A stretch of 64,000 nucleotides of DNA from Eledone cirrhosa. Its lineage: Eukaryota. Numbering within the stretch: the stretch's first letter is position 1; each line of letters opens with the position of its first letter. Below are positions 52,790 to 64,000 of the stretch, piece after piece. A program made the translations under genes and the position numbers. The notes under the pieces are model-generated. The model did no database searches and was not told the origin of the DNA. It worked only from the letters and a program-made list of their open reading frames with translations. The stretch spans positions 6,696,001 to 6,760,000 of the forward strand of contig OZ024744.1 in NCBI GenBank assembly GCA_964016885.1, written 5' to 3'.

Positions 52790-55700
52790 TACTGCAGTAT
52801 TGCACTGATGTAGGTGTGGTGCAGTAACGGTTATGTCTACTGCAGTATTCCATTGATGTAGGTGTGATGCAGTAACGTTATGTCTACTGCAGTATTGCAC
52901 TGATGTAGGTGTGGTGAAGTAGCGGTTATTTCTACAGCAGTATTGCACTGATGTAGATGTGGTGCACTAACGTTTATGTCTACTGCAGTGTTGCACTGAG
53001 GTAGTTGTGGTGTAGTAACGGTTATGTCTACTGCAATATTGCACTAGGTAGGTGTGGTGCAGTAACGATTATGTCTACTGCAGTATAGCACTGATGTAGG
53101 TGTGGTGCAGTAACGGTTATTCTACTGCAGTATTGCACTGATGTAGGTGTGGTGCAGTAACGGTCATGTCTAGTACAGTATTGCACTGATGTAGGTATGG
53201 TGCAGTAACGGTTATGTCTACTGCAGTATTACACTGATGTAGGTGTGGTGCAGTAACGGTTATGTCTACTGCAGTATTGCACTGATGTAGGTGTAGTGCA
53301 GTAACGGCTATGTCTACTGCAGTATTGCACTGATGTAGGCGTGGTGCTGTAACGGTTATGTCTATTGCAGTATTACACTGAGGTAGGTGTGGTGCAGTAT
53401 CGGTTATGTCTACTGCAGTATTGCACTGATGTAGGTGTGGTGCAGTAACGGTTATGTCTACTGCATTATTGCACTGATGTAGGTGTGGTGCAGTAACTGT
53501 TATGTCTACTGCAGTATTACACTGATGTAGGTGTGGTGCAGTAACGGTTATGTCTACTGCAGTATTGCACTGATGTAGGTGTAGTTCAGTAACGGTTATG
53601 TCTACTGCAGTATTGCACTGATGTAGGTGTGGTGCTGTAACGGTTATGTCTATTGCAGTATTGCACTGAGGTAGGTGTGGTGCAGTAACGGTTATGTCTA
53701 CTGCAGTATTGCACTGATGTAGGTGTGGTGCAGTAACGGTTATGTCTAGTGCAGTATTGCACTGAGGTAGGTGTGGTGCAGTAACGGTTATTTCTACTGC
53801 AGTATTGCACTGATGTAGGTGTGGTGCAGTAACGGTTATGTCTACTGTAGTATTGCACTGAGGTAGGTGTAGTGCTGTAACGGTTATGTCTACTGCAGTA
53901 TTGCACTGATGTAGGTGTGGTGCAGTAACGGTTATGTCTACTGCAGTATTGCACTGATGTAGGTGTGGTGCAGTACGGTTAAATCTACTGCAGTATTGCA
54001 CTGATGTAGGTGTGGTGCAGTAGCGGTTTTTTCTACTGCAGTATTGCACCGATGTAGATGTGGTGCACTAACGGTTATATATACTGCAGTATTGCACTGA
54101 GGTAAATGTGGTGCAGTAACGGATATGTCTACTGCATTATTGCACTGATGTAGGTTTGGTGCAGTAACCGTTATGTCTAGTGCAGTATTGCACTGAGGTA
54201 GTTGTGGTGCAGTAACGGTTATGTCTACTGCAATGTTGCACTAGTTAGGTGTGGTGCAGTAACGATTATGTCTACTGCAGTATTGCACTGATGTAGGTGT
54301 GGTGCAGTAACAGTTATGTCTACTGCAGTATTGCACTGATGTAGGTGTGGTGCATTAACGGTTATGTCTACTGCAGTATTGCACTGATGTACGTGTGGTG
54401 CAGTGAAGGTTATGTCTATTGCAGTATTGCACTGAGGTAGGTGTGGTGCAGTAACGGTTATTTCTACGGCAGTATTGCACTGATGTAGTTGTGGTGCAGT
54501 AACGGTTATGTCTACTGCAGTATTGCACTGAGGTAAATGTGGTGCAGTAACGGATATGTCTACTGCATTATTGCACTGATGTAGGTGTGGTGCAGTAACG
54601 GTTATGTCTACTGCAGTATTGCACTTAGGTAGGTGTGGTGCAGTAACAGTTATGTCTACTGCAGTATTGCACTTAGGTAGGTGTGGTGCAGTAAGGTTAT
54701 GTCTACTGCAGTATTGCACTGATGTAGGTGTGGTGCAGTAACGGATATTTCTACTGCAGTTTTGCACTTAGGTAGGTGTGGTGCAGTAACGGGTATGTCT
54801 ACTGCAGTATTGCACTGATGTAGGTGTGGTGCAGTAACGGTTATTCTACTGCAGTATTGCACTGATGTAGGTGTGGTGCAGTAACGGTTATTTCTACTGC
54901 AGTATTGCACTGATGTATGTGTGGTGCAGTAACGGTTATGTCTACTGCAGTATTGCACTGATGTAGGTGTGGTGCAGTAACGGTTATGTCTACTGCATTA
55001 TTGCACTGATGTAGGTGTGGTGCAGTAACGGTTATGTCTACTGCAGTATTACACTGATGTAGGTGTGGTGCAGTAACGGTTATGTCTACTGCAGTATTGC
55101 ACTGATGTAGGTGTAGTGCAGTAACGGTTATGTCTACTGCAGTATTGCACTGATGTAGGTGTGGTGCTGTAACGGTTATGTCTACTGCAGTATTGCACTG
55201 ATGTAGGTGTGGTGCAGTAACGGTTATGTCTACTGCAGTATTCCATTGATGTAGGTGTGATGCAGTAACGTTATGTCTACTGCAGTATTGCACTGATGTA
55301 GGTGTGGTGAAGTAGCGGTTATTTCTACAGCAGTATTGCACTGATGTAGATGTGGTGCACTAACGGTTATGTCTCCTGCAGTGTTGCACTGAGGTAGTTG
55401 TGGTGCAGTAACGGTTATGTCTACTGCAATATTGCACTAGGTAGGTGTGGTGCAGTAACGATTATGTCTACTGCAGTATAGCACTGATGTAGGTGTGGTG
55501 CAGTAACGGTTATTCTACTGCAGTATTGCACTGATGTAGGTGTGGTGCAGTAACGGTCATGTCTAGTACAGTATTGCACTGATGTAGGTGTGGTGCAGTA
55601 ACGGTTATGTCTACTGCAGTATTGCACTGATGTAGGTGTGGTGCAGTAACGGTTATGTCTACTGCATTATTGCACTGATGTAGGTATGGTGCAGTAACGG

Positions 55701-57680
55701 TTATGTCTACTGCAGTATTACACTGATGTAGGTGTGGTGCAGTAACGGTTATGTCTACTGCAGTATTGCACTGATGTAGGTGTAGTGCAGTAACGGCTAT
55801 GTCTACTGCAGTATTGCACTGATGTAGGCGTGGTGCTGTAACGGTTATGTCTATTGCAGTATTACACTGAGGTAGGTGTGGTGCAGTATCGGTTATGTCT
55901 ACTGCAGTATTGCACTGATGTAGGTGTGGTGCAGTAACGGTTATGTCTACTGCATTATTGCACTGATGTAGGTGTGGTGCAGTAACTGTTATGTCTACTG
56001 CAGTATTACACTGATGTAGGTGTGGTGCAGTAACGGTTATGTCTACTGCAGTATTGCACTGATGTAGGTGTAGTTCAGTAACGGTTATGTCTACTGCAGT
56101 ATTGCACTGATGTAGGTGTGGTGCTGTAACGGTTATGTCTATTGCAGTATTGCACTGAGGTAGGTGTGGTGCAGTAACGGTTATGTCTACTGCAGTATTG
56201 CACTGATGTAGGTGTGGTGCAGTAACGGTTATGTCTAGTGCAGTATTGCACTGAGGTAGGTGTGGTGCAGTAACGGTTATTTCTACTGCAGTATTGCACT
56301 GATGTAGGTGTGGTGCAGTAACGGTTATGTCTACTGTAGTATTGCACTGAGGTAGGTGTAGTGCTGTATCGGTTATGTCTACTGCAGTATTGCACTGATG
56401 TAGGTGTGGTGCAGTAACGGTTATGTCTACTGCAGTATTGCACTGATGTAGGTGTGGTGCAGTACGGTTAAATCTACTGCAGTATTGCACTGATGTAGGT
56501 GTGGTGCAGTAGCCGTTTTTTCTACTGCAGTATTGCACCGATGTAGATGTGGTGCACTAACGGTTATATATACTGCAGTATTGCACTGAGGTAAATGTGG
56601 TGCAGTAACGGATATGTCTACTGCATTATTGCACTGATGTAGGTTTGGTGCAGTAACCGTTATGTCTAGTGCAGTATTGCACTGAGGTAGTTGTGGTGCA
56701 GTAACGGTTATGTCTACTGCAATGTTGCACTAGTTAGGTGTGGTGCAGTAACGATTATGTCTACTGCAGTATTGCACTGATGTAGGTGTGGTGCAGTAAC
56801 AGTTATGTCTACTGCAGTATTGCACTGATGTAGGTGTGGTGCATTAACGGTTATGTCTACTGCAGTATTGCACTGATGTACGTGTGGTGCAGTGAAGGTT
56901 ATGTCTATTGCAGTATTGCACTGAGGTAGGTGTGGTGCAGTAACGGTTATTTCTACGGCAGTATTGCACTGATGTAGTTGTGGTGCAGTAACGGTTATGT
57001 CTACTGCAGTATTGCACTGAGGTAAATGTGGTGCAGTAACGGATATGTCTACTGCATTATTGCACTGATGTAGGTGTGGTGCAGTAACGGTTATGTCTAC
57101 TGCAGTATTGCACTTAGGTAGGTGTGGTGCAGTAACAGTTATGTCTACTGCAGTATTGCACTTAGGTAGGTGTGGTGCAGTAAGGTTATGTCTACTGCAG
57201 TATTGCACTGATGTAGGTGTGGTGCAGTAACGGATATTTCTACTGCAGTTTTGCACTTAGGTAGGTGTGGTGCAGTAACGGGTATGTCTACTGCAGTATT
57301 GCACTGATGTAGGTGTGGTGCAGTAACGGTTATTCTACTGCAGTATTGCACTGATGTAGGTGTGGTGCAGTAACGGTTATTTCTACTGCAGTATTGCACT
57401 GATGTATGTGTGGTGCAGTAACGGTTATGTCTACTGCAGTATTGCACTGATGTAGGTGTGGTGCAGTAACGGTTATGTCTACTGCATTATTGCACTGATG
57501 TAGGTGTGGTGCAGTAACGGTTATGTCTACTGCAGTATTACACTGATGTAGGTGTGGTGCAGTAACGGTTATGTCTACTGCAGTATTGCACTGATGTAGG
57601 TGTAGTGCAGTAACGGTTATGTCTACTGCAGTATTGCACTGATGTAGGTGTGGTGCTGTAACGGTTATGTCTATTGCAGT
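52790..57680. repeat. Tandem ~2.4-2.5-kb duplication (about 52790-55190 and 55190-57680)
   Basis: ORF twins 53117/55510 (+2393), then 53586/56075, 54225/56714 and 54841/57330 (+2489). Shared private markers: 'ggtcatgtctagtac', 'gtagttcag' and 'gtttgg..aaccgtt'. Confidence 0.85.
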
Positions 57681-58439
57681 ATTGCACTGAGGTAGGTGTG
57701 GTGCAGTAACGGTTATGTCTACTGCAGTATTGCACTGATGTAGGTATGGTGCAGTAACGGTTATGTCTACTGCAGTATTGCACTGATGTAGGTGTGGTGC
57801 AGTAACGGTTATGTCTACTGCTGTATTGCACTGATGTAGGTGTGGTGCAGTAACGGTTATGTCTACCGCATTATTGCACTGATGTAGGTGTGGTGCAGTA
57901 ACGGTTATGTCTAGTGCAGTATTGCACTGAGGTAGGTGTGGTGCAGTAACGGTTATTTCTGCTGCAGTATTGCACTGATGTAGGTGTGGTGCAGTAACGG
58001 TTATGTCTACTGTAGTATTGAACTGAGGTAGGTGTGGTGCAGTAACGGTTATGTCTACTGCAGTATTGCACTGATGTAGGTGTGGTGCAGTAACGGTTAT
58101 GTCTACTGCAGTATTGCACTGATGTAGGTGTGGTGCAGTACGGTTAAATCTACTGCAGTATTGCACTGATGTAGGTGTGGTGCAGTAGCGGTTATTTCTA
58201 CTGCAGTATTGCACTGATGTAGATGTGGTGCACTAACGGTTATATATACTGCAGTATTGCACTGAGGTAGTTGTGGTGCAGTAACGGTTATGTCTATTGC
58301 AATATTGCACTAGGTAGGTGTGGTGCAGTAACGATTATGTCTACTGCAGTATTGCACTGATGTAGGTGTGGTGCAGTAACAGTTATGACTACTGCAGTAT
58401 TGCACTGATGTAGGTGTGGTGCAGTAACGGTTATGTCTA

Positions 58440-61400
58440 CTGCAGTATTGCACTGAGGTAAATGTGGTGCAGTAACGGTTATGTCTACTGCATTATTGCA
58501 CTGATGTAGGTGAGGTGCAGTAACGGTTATGTCTACTGCAGTATTGCACTTAGGTAGGTGTGGTGCAGTAACAGTTATGTCTACTGCAGTATTGCACTTA
58601 GATTGGTGTGGTGCAGTAACGGTTATGTCTACTGCAGTATTGCACTGATGTAGGTGTGGTGCAGTAACGGATATTTCTACTGCAGTATTGCACTTAGGTA
58701 GGTGTGGTACAGTAACGGTTATGTCTACTGCAGTATTGCACTGATGTAGGTGTGGTGCAGTAACGGTTATGTCTACTGCAGTATTGCACTGATGTAGGTG
58801 TGGTGCAGTAACGGTTATGTCTACTGCAGTATTGCACTTAGGTAGGTGTGGTGCAGTAACGGTTATGTCTACTGCAATATTGCACTGAGGTACGTGTGGT
58901 GCAGTAACGGTTATGTCTACTGCAGTATTGCACTGATGTAGGTGTGGTGCAGTAACGGTTATGATACTGCAGTATTGCACTGATGTAGGTGTGGTGCAGT
59001 AACGGTTATGTCTACTGCAGTATTGCACTGAGGTAGGTGTGGTGCAGTAACGATTATGTCGACTGCAGTATTGCACTGAGGTAGGTGTGGTGCAGTAACA
59101 GTTATTTCTACTGCAGTATTCCACTGAGGTAGGTGTGGTGCAGTAACGGTTATGTCTACTGAAGTATTGCACTGATGTAGGTGTGGTGCAGTAACGGTTA
59201 TGTCTATTGCAGTATTGCACTGAGGTAGGTGTGGTGCAGTAACGGTTATGTCTACTGCAATATTGCACTGATGTAGGTGTGGTGCAGTAACGGATATGTC
59301 TACTGCAGTATTGCACTGATGTAGGTGTGGTGCAGTAACGGTTATGTCTACTGCAGTATTGCACTGATGTAGGTGTGGTGCAGTAACAGTTATGTCTACT
59401 GCAGTATTGCACTGAGGTAGGTGTGGTGCAGTATCGGTTATGTCTACTGCAGTATTGCACTGATGTAGGTGTGGTGCAGTACCAGTTATGTCTACTGAAG
59501 TATTGCACTGAGGTAGGTGTGGTGCAGTAACGATTATGTCGACTGCAGTATTGCACTGATGTAGGTGTGGTGCAGTAACGGTTATGTATACTGCAGTATT
59601 GAACTGATGTAGGTGTGGTGCAATAACGGTTATGTCTACTGCAGTATTGCACTGTTGTAGGTATGGTGCAGTAACGGTTATGTCTACTGTAGTATTGCAC
59701 TGATGTAGGTGTGATGCAGTAACGGATATGTCTACTGCAGTATTGCACTGAGATAGGTGTGGTGCAGTAACGGTTATGTCTACTGCAGTATTTCACTGAT
59801 GTAGGTGTGGTGCAGTAATGGTTAAGTCTACTGCAGTATTGCACTGAAGTAAGTGTGGTGCAGTAACAGTTATGTCTACTGCAGTATTGCACTGATGTAG
59901 GTGTGGTGCTGTAAAGATTATGTCTATTGCAGTATTGCACTGATGTAGGTGTGGTGCAGTAACGGTTATGTCTACTGCATTATTGCACTGATGTAGATGT
60001 GGTTCAGTAACGGTTATGTCTACTGCAGTATTGCACTGAGATAGGTGTGGTACAGTAACGGTTATTTCTACTGCAGTATTGCACTGATGTAGATGTGGTG
60101 CATTAACGGTTATGTCTACTGCAGTATTGCACTGATGTAGGTGTGGTGCAGTAACAGTTATGTCTACTGAAGTATTGCACTGATGTAGATGTGGTGCACT
60201 AACGGTTATATATACTGCAGTATTGCACTGAGGTAGTTGTGGTGCAGTGACGGTTATGTCTATTGCAGTATTGCACTGAGGTAGGTGTGGTGCAGTAACG
60301 GTTATTTCTGCTGCAGTATTGCACTGATGTAGTTGTGGTGCAGTAACGGTTATGTCTACTGCAGTATTGCACTGAGGTAAATGTGGTGCAGTAACGGTTA
60401 TGTCTACTGCATTATTGTACTGATGTAGGTGTGGTGCAGTAACGGTTATGTCTACTGCAGTAATGCACTGATGTAGGTGTGGTGCAGTAACAGTTATGTC
60501 TACTGCAGTATTGCACTTAGGTAGGTGTGGTGCAGTAACGGTTATGTCCACTGCAGTATTGCACTGATGTAGGTGTGGTGCAGTAACGGATATTTCTACT
60601 GCAGTATTGCACTGATGTAGGTGTGGTGCAGTAACGGTTATATCTACTGCAGTATGGCACTGATGTAGATGTGGTGCAGTAACGGTTATGTCTACTGCAG
60701 TATTGCAATGATGTAGGTGTGGTGCAGTAACGGTTATGTCTACTGTAGTATTGCACTGATGTAGGTGTGGTGCAGTAGCGGTTATTTCTACTGCAGTATT
60801 GCACTGAGGTAGTTGTAGTGCAGTAACGGTTATGTCTACTGCAATATTGCATTAGGTAGGTGTGGTGCAGTAACGATTATGTCTACTGCAGTATTGCACT
60901 GATGTAGGTGTGGTGCAGTAACGGTTATGTCTACTGCAGTATTGCACTGATGTACGTGTGGTGCAGTGACGGTTATGTCTATTGCAGTATTGCACTGAGG
61001 TAGGTGTGGTGCAGTAACGGTTATTTCTGCTGCAGTATTGCACTGATGTAGTTGTGGTGCAGTAACGGTTATGTCTACTGCAGTATTGCACTGAGGTAAA
61101 TGTGGTGCAGTAACGGTTATGTCTACTGCATTATTGTACTGATGTAGTTGTGGTGCAGTAACGGTTATGTCTACTGCAGTATTGCACTTAGGTAGGTGTG
61201 GTGCACTATCGGTTATGTCTACTGCAGTATTGCACTGACGTAGGTGTGGTGCAGTACCAGTTATATCTACTGAAGTATTGCACTGATGTAGGTGTGGTGC
61301 AGTAACGGTTATTTCTACTGCAGCATTGCATTGATGTAGGTGTGGTGCCGTAACGGTTATGTCTACTGCAGTATTGCACTGAGGTAGGTGTGGTGCAGTA

Positions 61401-63920
61401 ACGATTATGTCGACTGCAGTACTGCACTGATGTAGGTGTGGTGCAGTAACGGTTATGTCTACTGCAGTATTGCACTGATGTAGGTGTGGTGCAGTAACGG
61501 TTATGTCTACTGCAGTATTGCACTGATGTAGGTGTGGTGCAGTAACAGTTATGTCTACTGCAGTATTGCACTGATGTAGGTGTGGTGCAGTAGAGGTTAT
61601 GTCTACTGCAGTATTGCACTGATGTAGGTATGGTGCAGTAACGGTTATGTCTACTGTAGTATTGCACTGATGTAGGTGTGACGCAGTAACGGATATGTCT
61701 ACTGCAGTATTGCACTGAGATAGGTGTGGTGCAGTAACGGTTATGTCTACTGCAGTATTTCACTGAAGTAGGTGTGGTGCAGTAACGGTTAAGTCTACTG
61801 CAGTATTGCACTGAAGTAAGTGTGGTGCAGTAACGGTTATGTCTACTGCAGTATTGCACTGATAAAGGTGTGGTGCAGTAACAGTTATGTCTACTGCAGT
61901 ATTGCACTGAGATAGGTGTGGTACAGTAACGGTTATTTATACTGCAGTATTGCACTGATGTAGATGTGGTGCAGTAACGGTTATGTCTACTGTAGTATTG
62001 CACTGAGGTAGGTGTGGTGCAGTAACGGTTATGTCTACGGCAGTATTGCACTGATGTAGGTGTGGTGCAGTAACGGTTATGTCTACTGCAGTATTGCACT
62101 GAGGTAGGTGTGGTGCAGTAACGGTTATGTCTACTGCAATATTGCACTGATGTAGGTGTGGTGCAGTAACGGTTATGTCTACTGCAGTATTGCACTGATG
62201 TAGGTGTGGTGCAGTAACAGTTATGTCTACTGCAGTATTGCACTGAGGTAGGTGTGGTGCAGTATCGGTTATGTCTACTGCAGTATTGCACTGATGTAGG
62301 TGTGGTGCAGTACCGGTTATGTCTACTGAAGTATTGCACTGATGTAGGTGTGGTGCAGTAACGGTTTTTTCTACTGCAGTATTGCACTGATGTAGGTGTG
62401 GTGTCGTAACGGTTATGTTTACTGCAGTATTGCACTGATGTAGGTGTGGTGCAGTAATGGCTATGTCTCTTGTAGTATTGCACTGAGTTAGGTGTGGTGC
62501 AGTAATGGTATGTCTACTGCAGTATTGCACTGATATAGGTGTGGTGCAGTAACGGTTATGTCTACTGCAGTATTGCACTGATGTAGGTGTGGTGCAGTAA
62601 CGGTTATGTCTACTGCAGTATGGCACTGATGTAGGGGTGGTGCAGTACGGTTAAATCTACTGCAGTATTGCACTGATGTAGGTGTGGTGCAGTAGCGGTT
62701 ATTTCTACTGCAGTATTGCACTGATGTAGATGTGGTGCACTAACGGTTATATATACTGCAGTATTGCACTGAGGTAGTTGTGGTGCAGTAACGGTTATGT
62801 CTACTGCAATATTGCACTAGGTAGGTGTGGTGCAGTAACGATTATGTCTACTGCATTATTGCACTGATGTAGGTGTGGTGCAGTAACAGTTATGTCTACT
62901 GCAGTATTGCACTGAGGTAGGTGTGGTGCAGTATCGGTTATGTCTACTGCAGTATTGCACTGATGTAGGTGTGGTGCAGTACCAGTTATGTCTACTGAAG
63001 TATTGCACTGATGTAGGTGTGGTGGCGTAACGGTTATGTCTACTGCAGTATTGCACTGAGGTAAATGTGGTGCAGTAACGGTTATGTCTACTGCATTATT
63101 GCACTGATGTAGGTGAGGTGCAGTAACGGTTATGTCTACTGCAGTATTGCACTTAGGTAGGTGTGGTGCAGTAACAGTTATGTCTACTGCAGTATTGCAC
63201 TTAGATTGGTGTGGTGCAGTAACGGTTATGTCTACTGCAGTATTGCACTGATGTAGGTGTGGTGCAGTAACGGATATTTCTACTGCAGTATTGCACTTAG
63301 GTAGGTGTGGTACAGTAACGGTTATGTCTACTGCAGTATTGCACTGATGTAGGTGTGGTGCAGTAACGGTTATGTCTACTGCAGTATTGCACTGATGTAG
63401 GTGTGGTGCAGTAACGGTTATGTCTACTGCAGTATTGCACTTAGGTAGGTGTGGTGCAGTAACGGTTATGTCTACTGCAATATTGCACTGAGGTACGTGT
63501 GGTGCAGTAACGGTTATGTCTACTGCAGTATTGCACTGATGTAGGTGTGGTGCAGTAACGGTTATGATACTGCAGTATTGCACTGATGTAGGTGTGGTGC
63601 AGTAACGGTTATGTCTACTGCAGTATTGCACTGAGGTAGGTGTGGTGCAGTAACGATTATGTCGACTGCAGTATTGCACTGAGGTAGGTGTGGTGCAGTA
63701 ACAGTTATTTCTACTGCAGTATTCCACTGAGGTAGGTGTGGTGCAGTAACGGTTATGTCTACTGAAGTATTGCACTGATGTAGGTGTGGTGCAGTAACGG
63801 TTATGTCTATTGCAGTATTGCACTGAGGTAGGTGTGGTGCAGTAACGGTTATGTCTACTGCAATATTGCACTGATGTAGGTGTGGTGCAGTAACGGATAT
63901 GTCTACTGCAGTATTGCACT
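58440..63920. repeat. ~0.9-kb block duplicated at about +4.6 kb (about 58440-59320 and 63045-63920)
   Basis: The private marker 'cttagattgg' occurs at about 58601 and 63204, with the same downstream marker order (ggtac, gaggtacg, atgatactg, gtcgac, ttccact, ctgaag, ggatat). Confidence 0.75.
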
Positions 63921-64000
63921 GATGTAGGTGTGGTGCATTAACGGTTATGTCTACTGCAGTATTGCACTGATGTAGGTGTGGTGCAGTAACAGTTATGTCT

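Larger units (their letters stand above)
1..64000. repeat. 48-bp tandem satellite/minisatellite array, about 1,330 monomers, single orientation, running off both window edges
   Basis: The consensus TCTACTGCAGTATTGCACTGATGTAGGTGTGGTGCAGTAACGGTTATG (exact at 481-528 and 721-768) recurs continuously, typically with 0-3 substitutions and occasional 1-bp indels. No spacer, insertion or inversion was seen. Confidence 0.99.

Noticed and set aside
292-63919. The many minus-strand ORFs (QYCSRHNRYCTTPTSV and ITVTAPHLHQCNTAVD repeats, up to 608 aa) as genes
   Set aside because: They are a by-product of a 48-bp period (a multiple of 3) with two stop-free frames. Starts are mostly internal GTG codons, ends and frame switches coincide with point or indel variants that were copied freely, and there is no unique domain.
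1-64000. CRISPR array
   Set aside because: There are no unique spacers, the whole 48-bp unit repeats, and no leader or cas genes are present.
1-64000. Wholly artefactual sequence (concatemer or collapsed assembly)
   Set aside because: Variants are shared between copies in ordered, hierarchical patterns with a few private differences, which is unlike random sequencing error. The exact copy order still needs read confirmation.

Overview
The whole 64 kb window is one uninterrupted, head-to-tail, single-orientation tandem array of a 48-bp monomer. The + strand consensus is TCTACTGCAGTATTGCACTGATGTAGGTGTGGTGCAGTAACGGTTATG, with an exact copy at 481-528. There are about 1,330 copies, and the consensus is about 46% GC and 65% G+T on the + strand. 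I saw no unique sequence, transposon, RNA gene or supportable protein-coding gene. Every ORF in the track is a translation of the repeat: two of the three minus-strand frames are open in the consensus, and 47/49-bp monomers switch between them. The informative content lies in the pattern of variant monomers: nested higher-order duplications (144 bp, 240 bp, about 1,055 bp, 2.4-6.2 kb, and dispersed copies at 8.2, 14.6, 17.0, 23.1 and 50.3 kb offsets), a layered architecture and patched junctions. The monomer is also rich in dyad symmetry and in matches to conserved animal miRNA seed sites and OVO/MYB-type motifs. It is most likely eukaryotic satellite/minisatellite DNA, but the organism cannot be determined. 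Block boundaries are read by eye and from ORF-track offsets, so they are approximate to 1-2 monomers.
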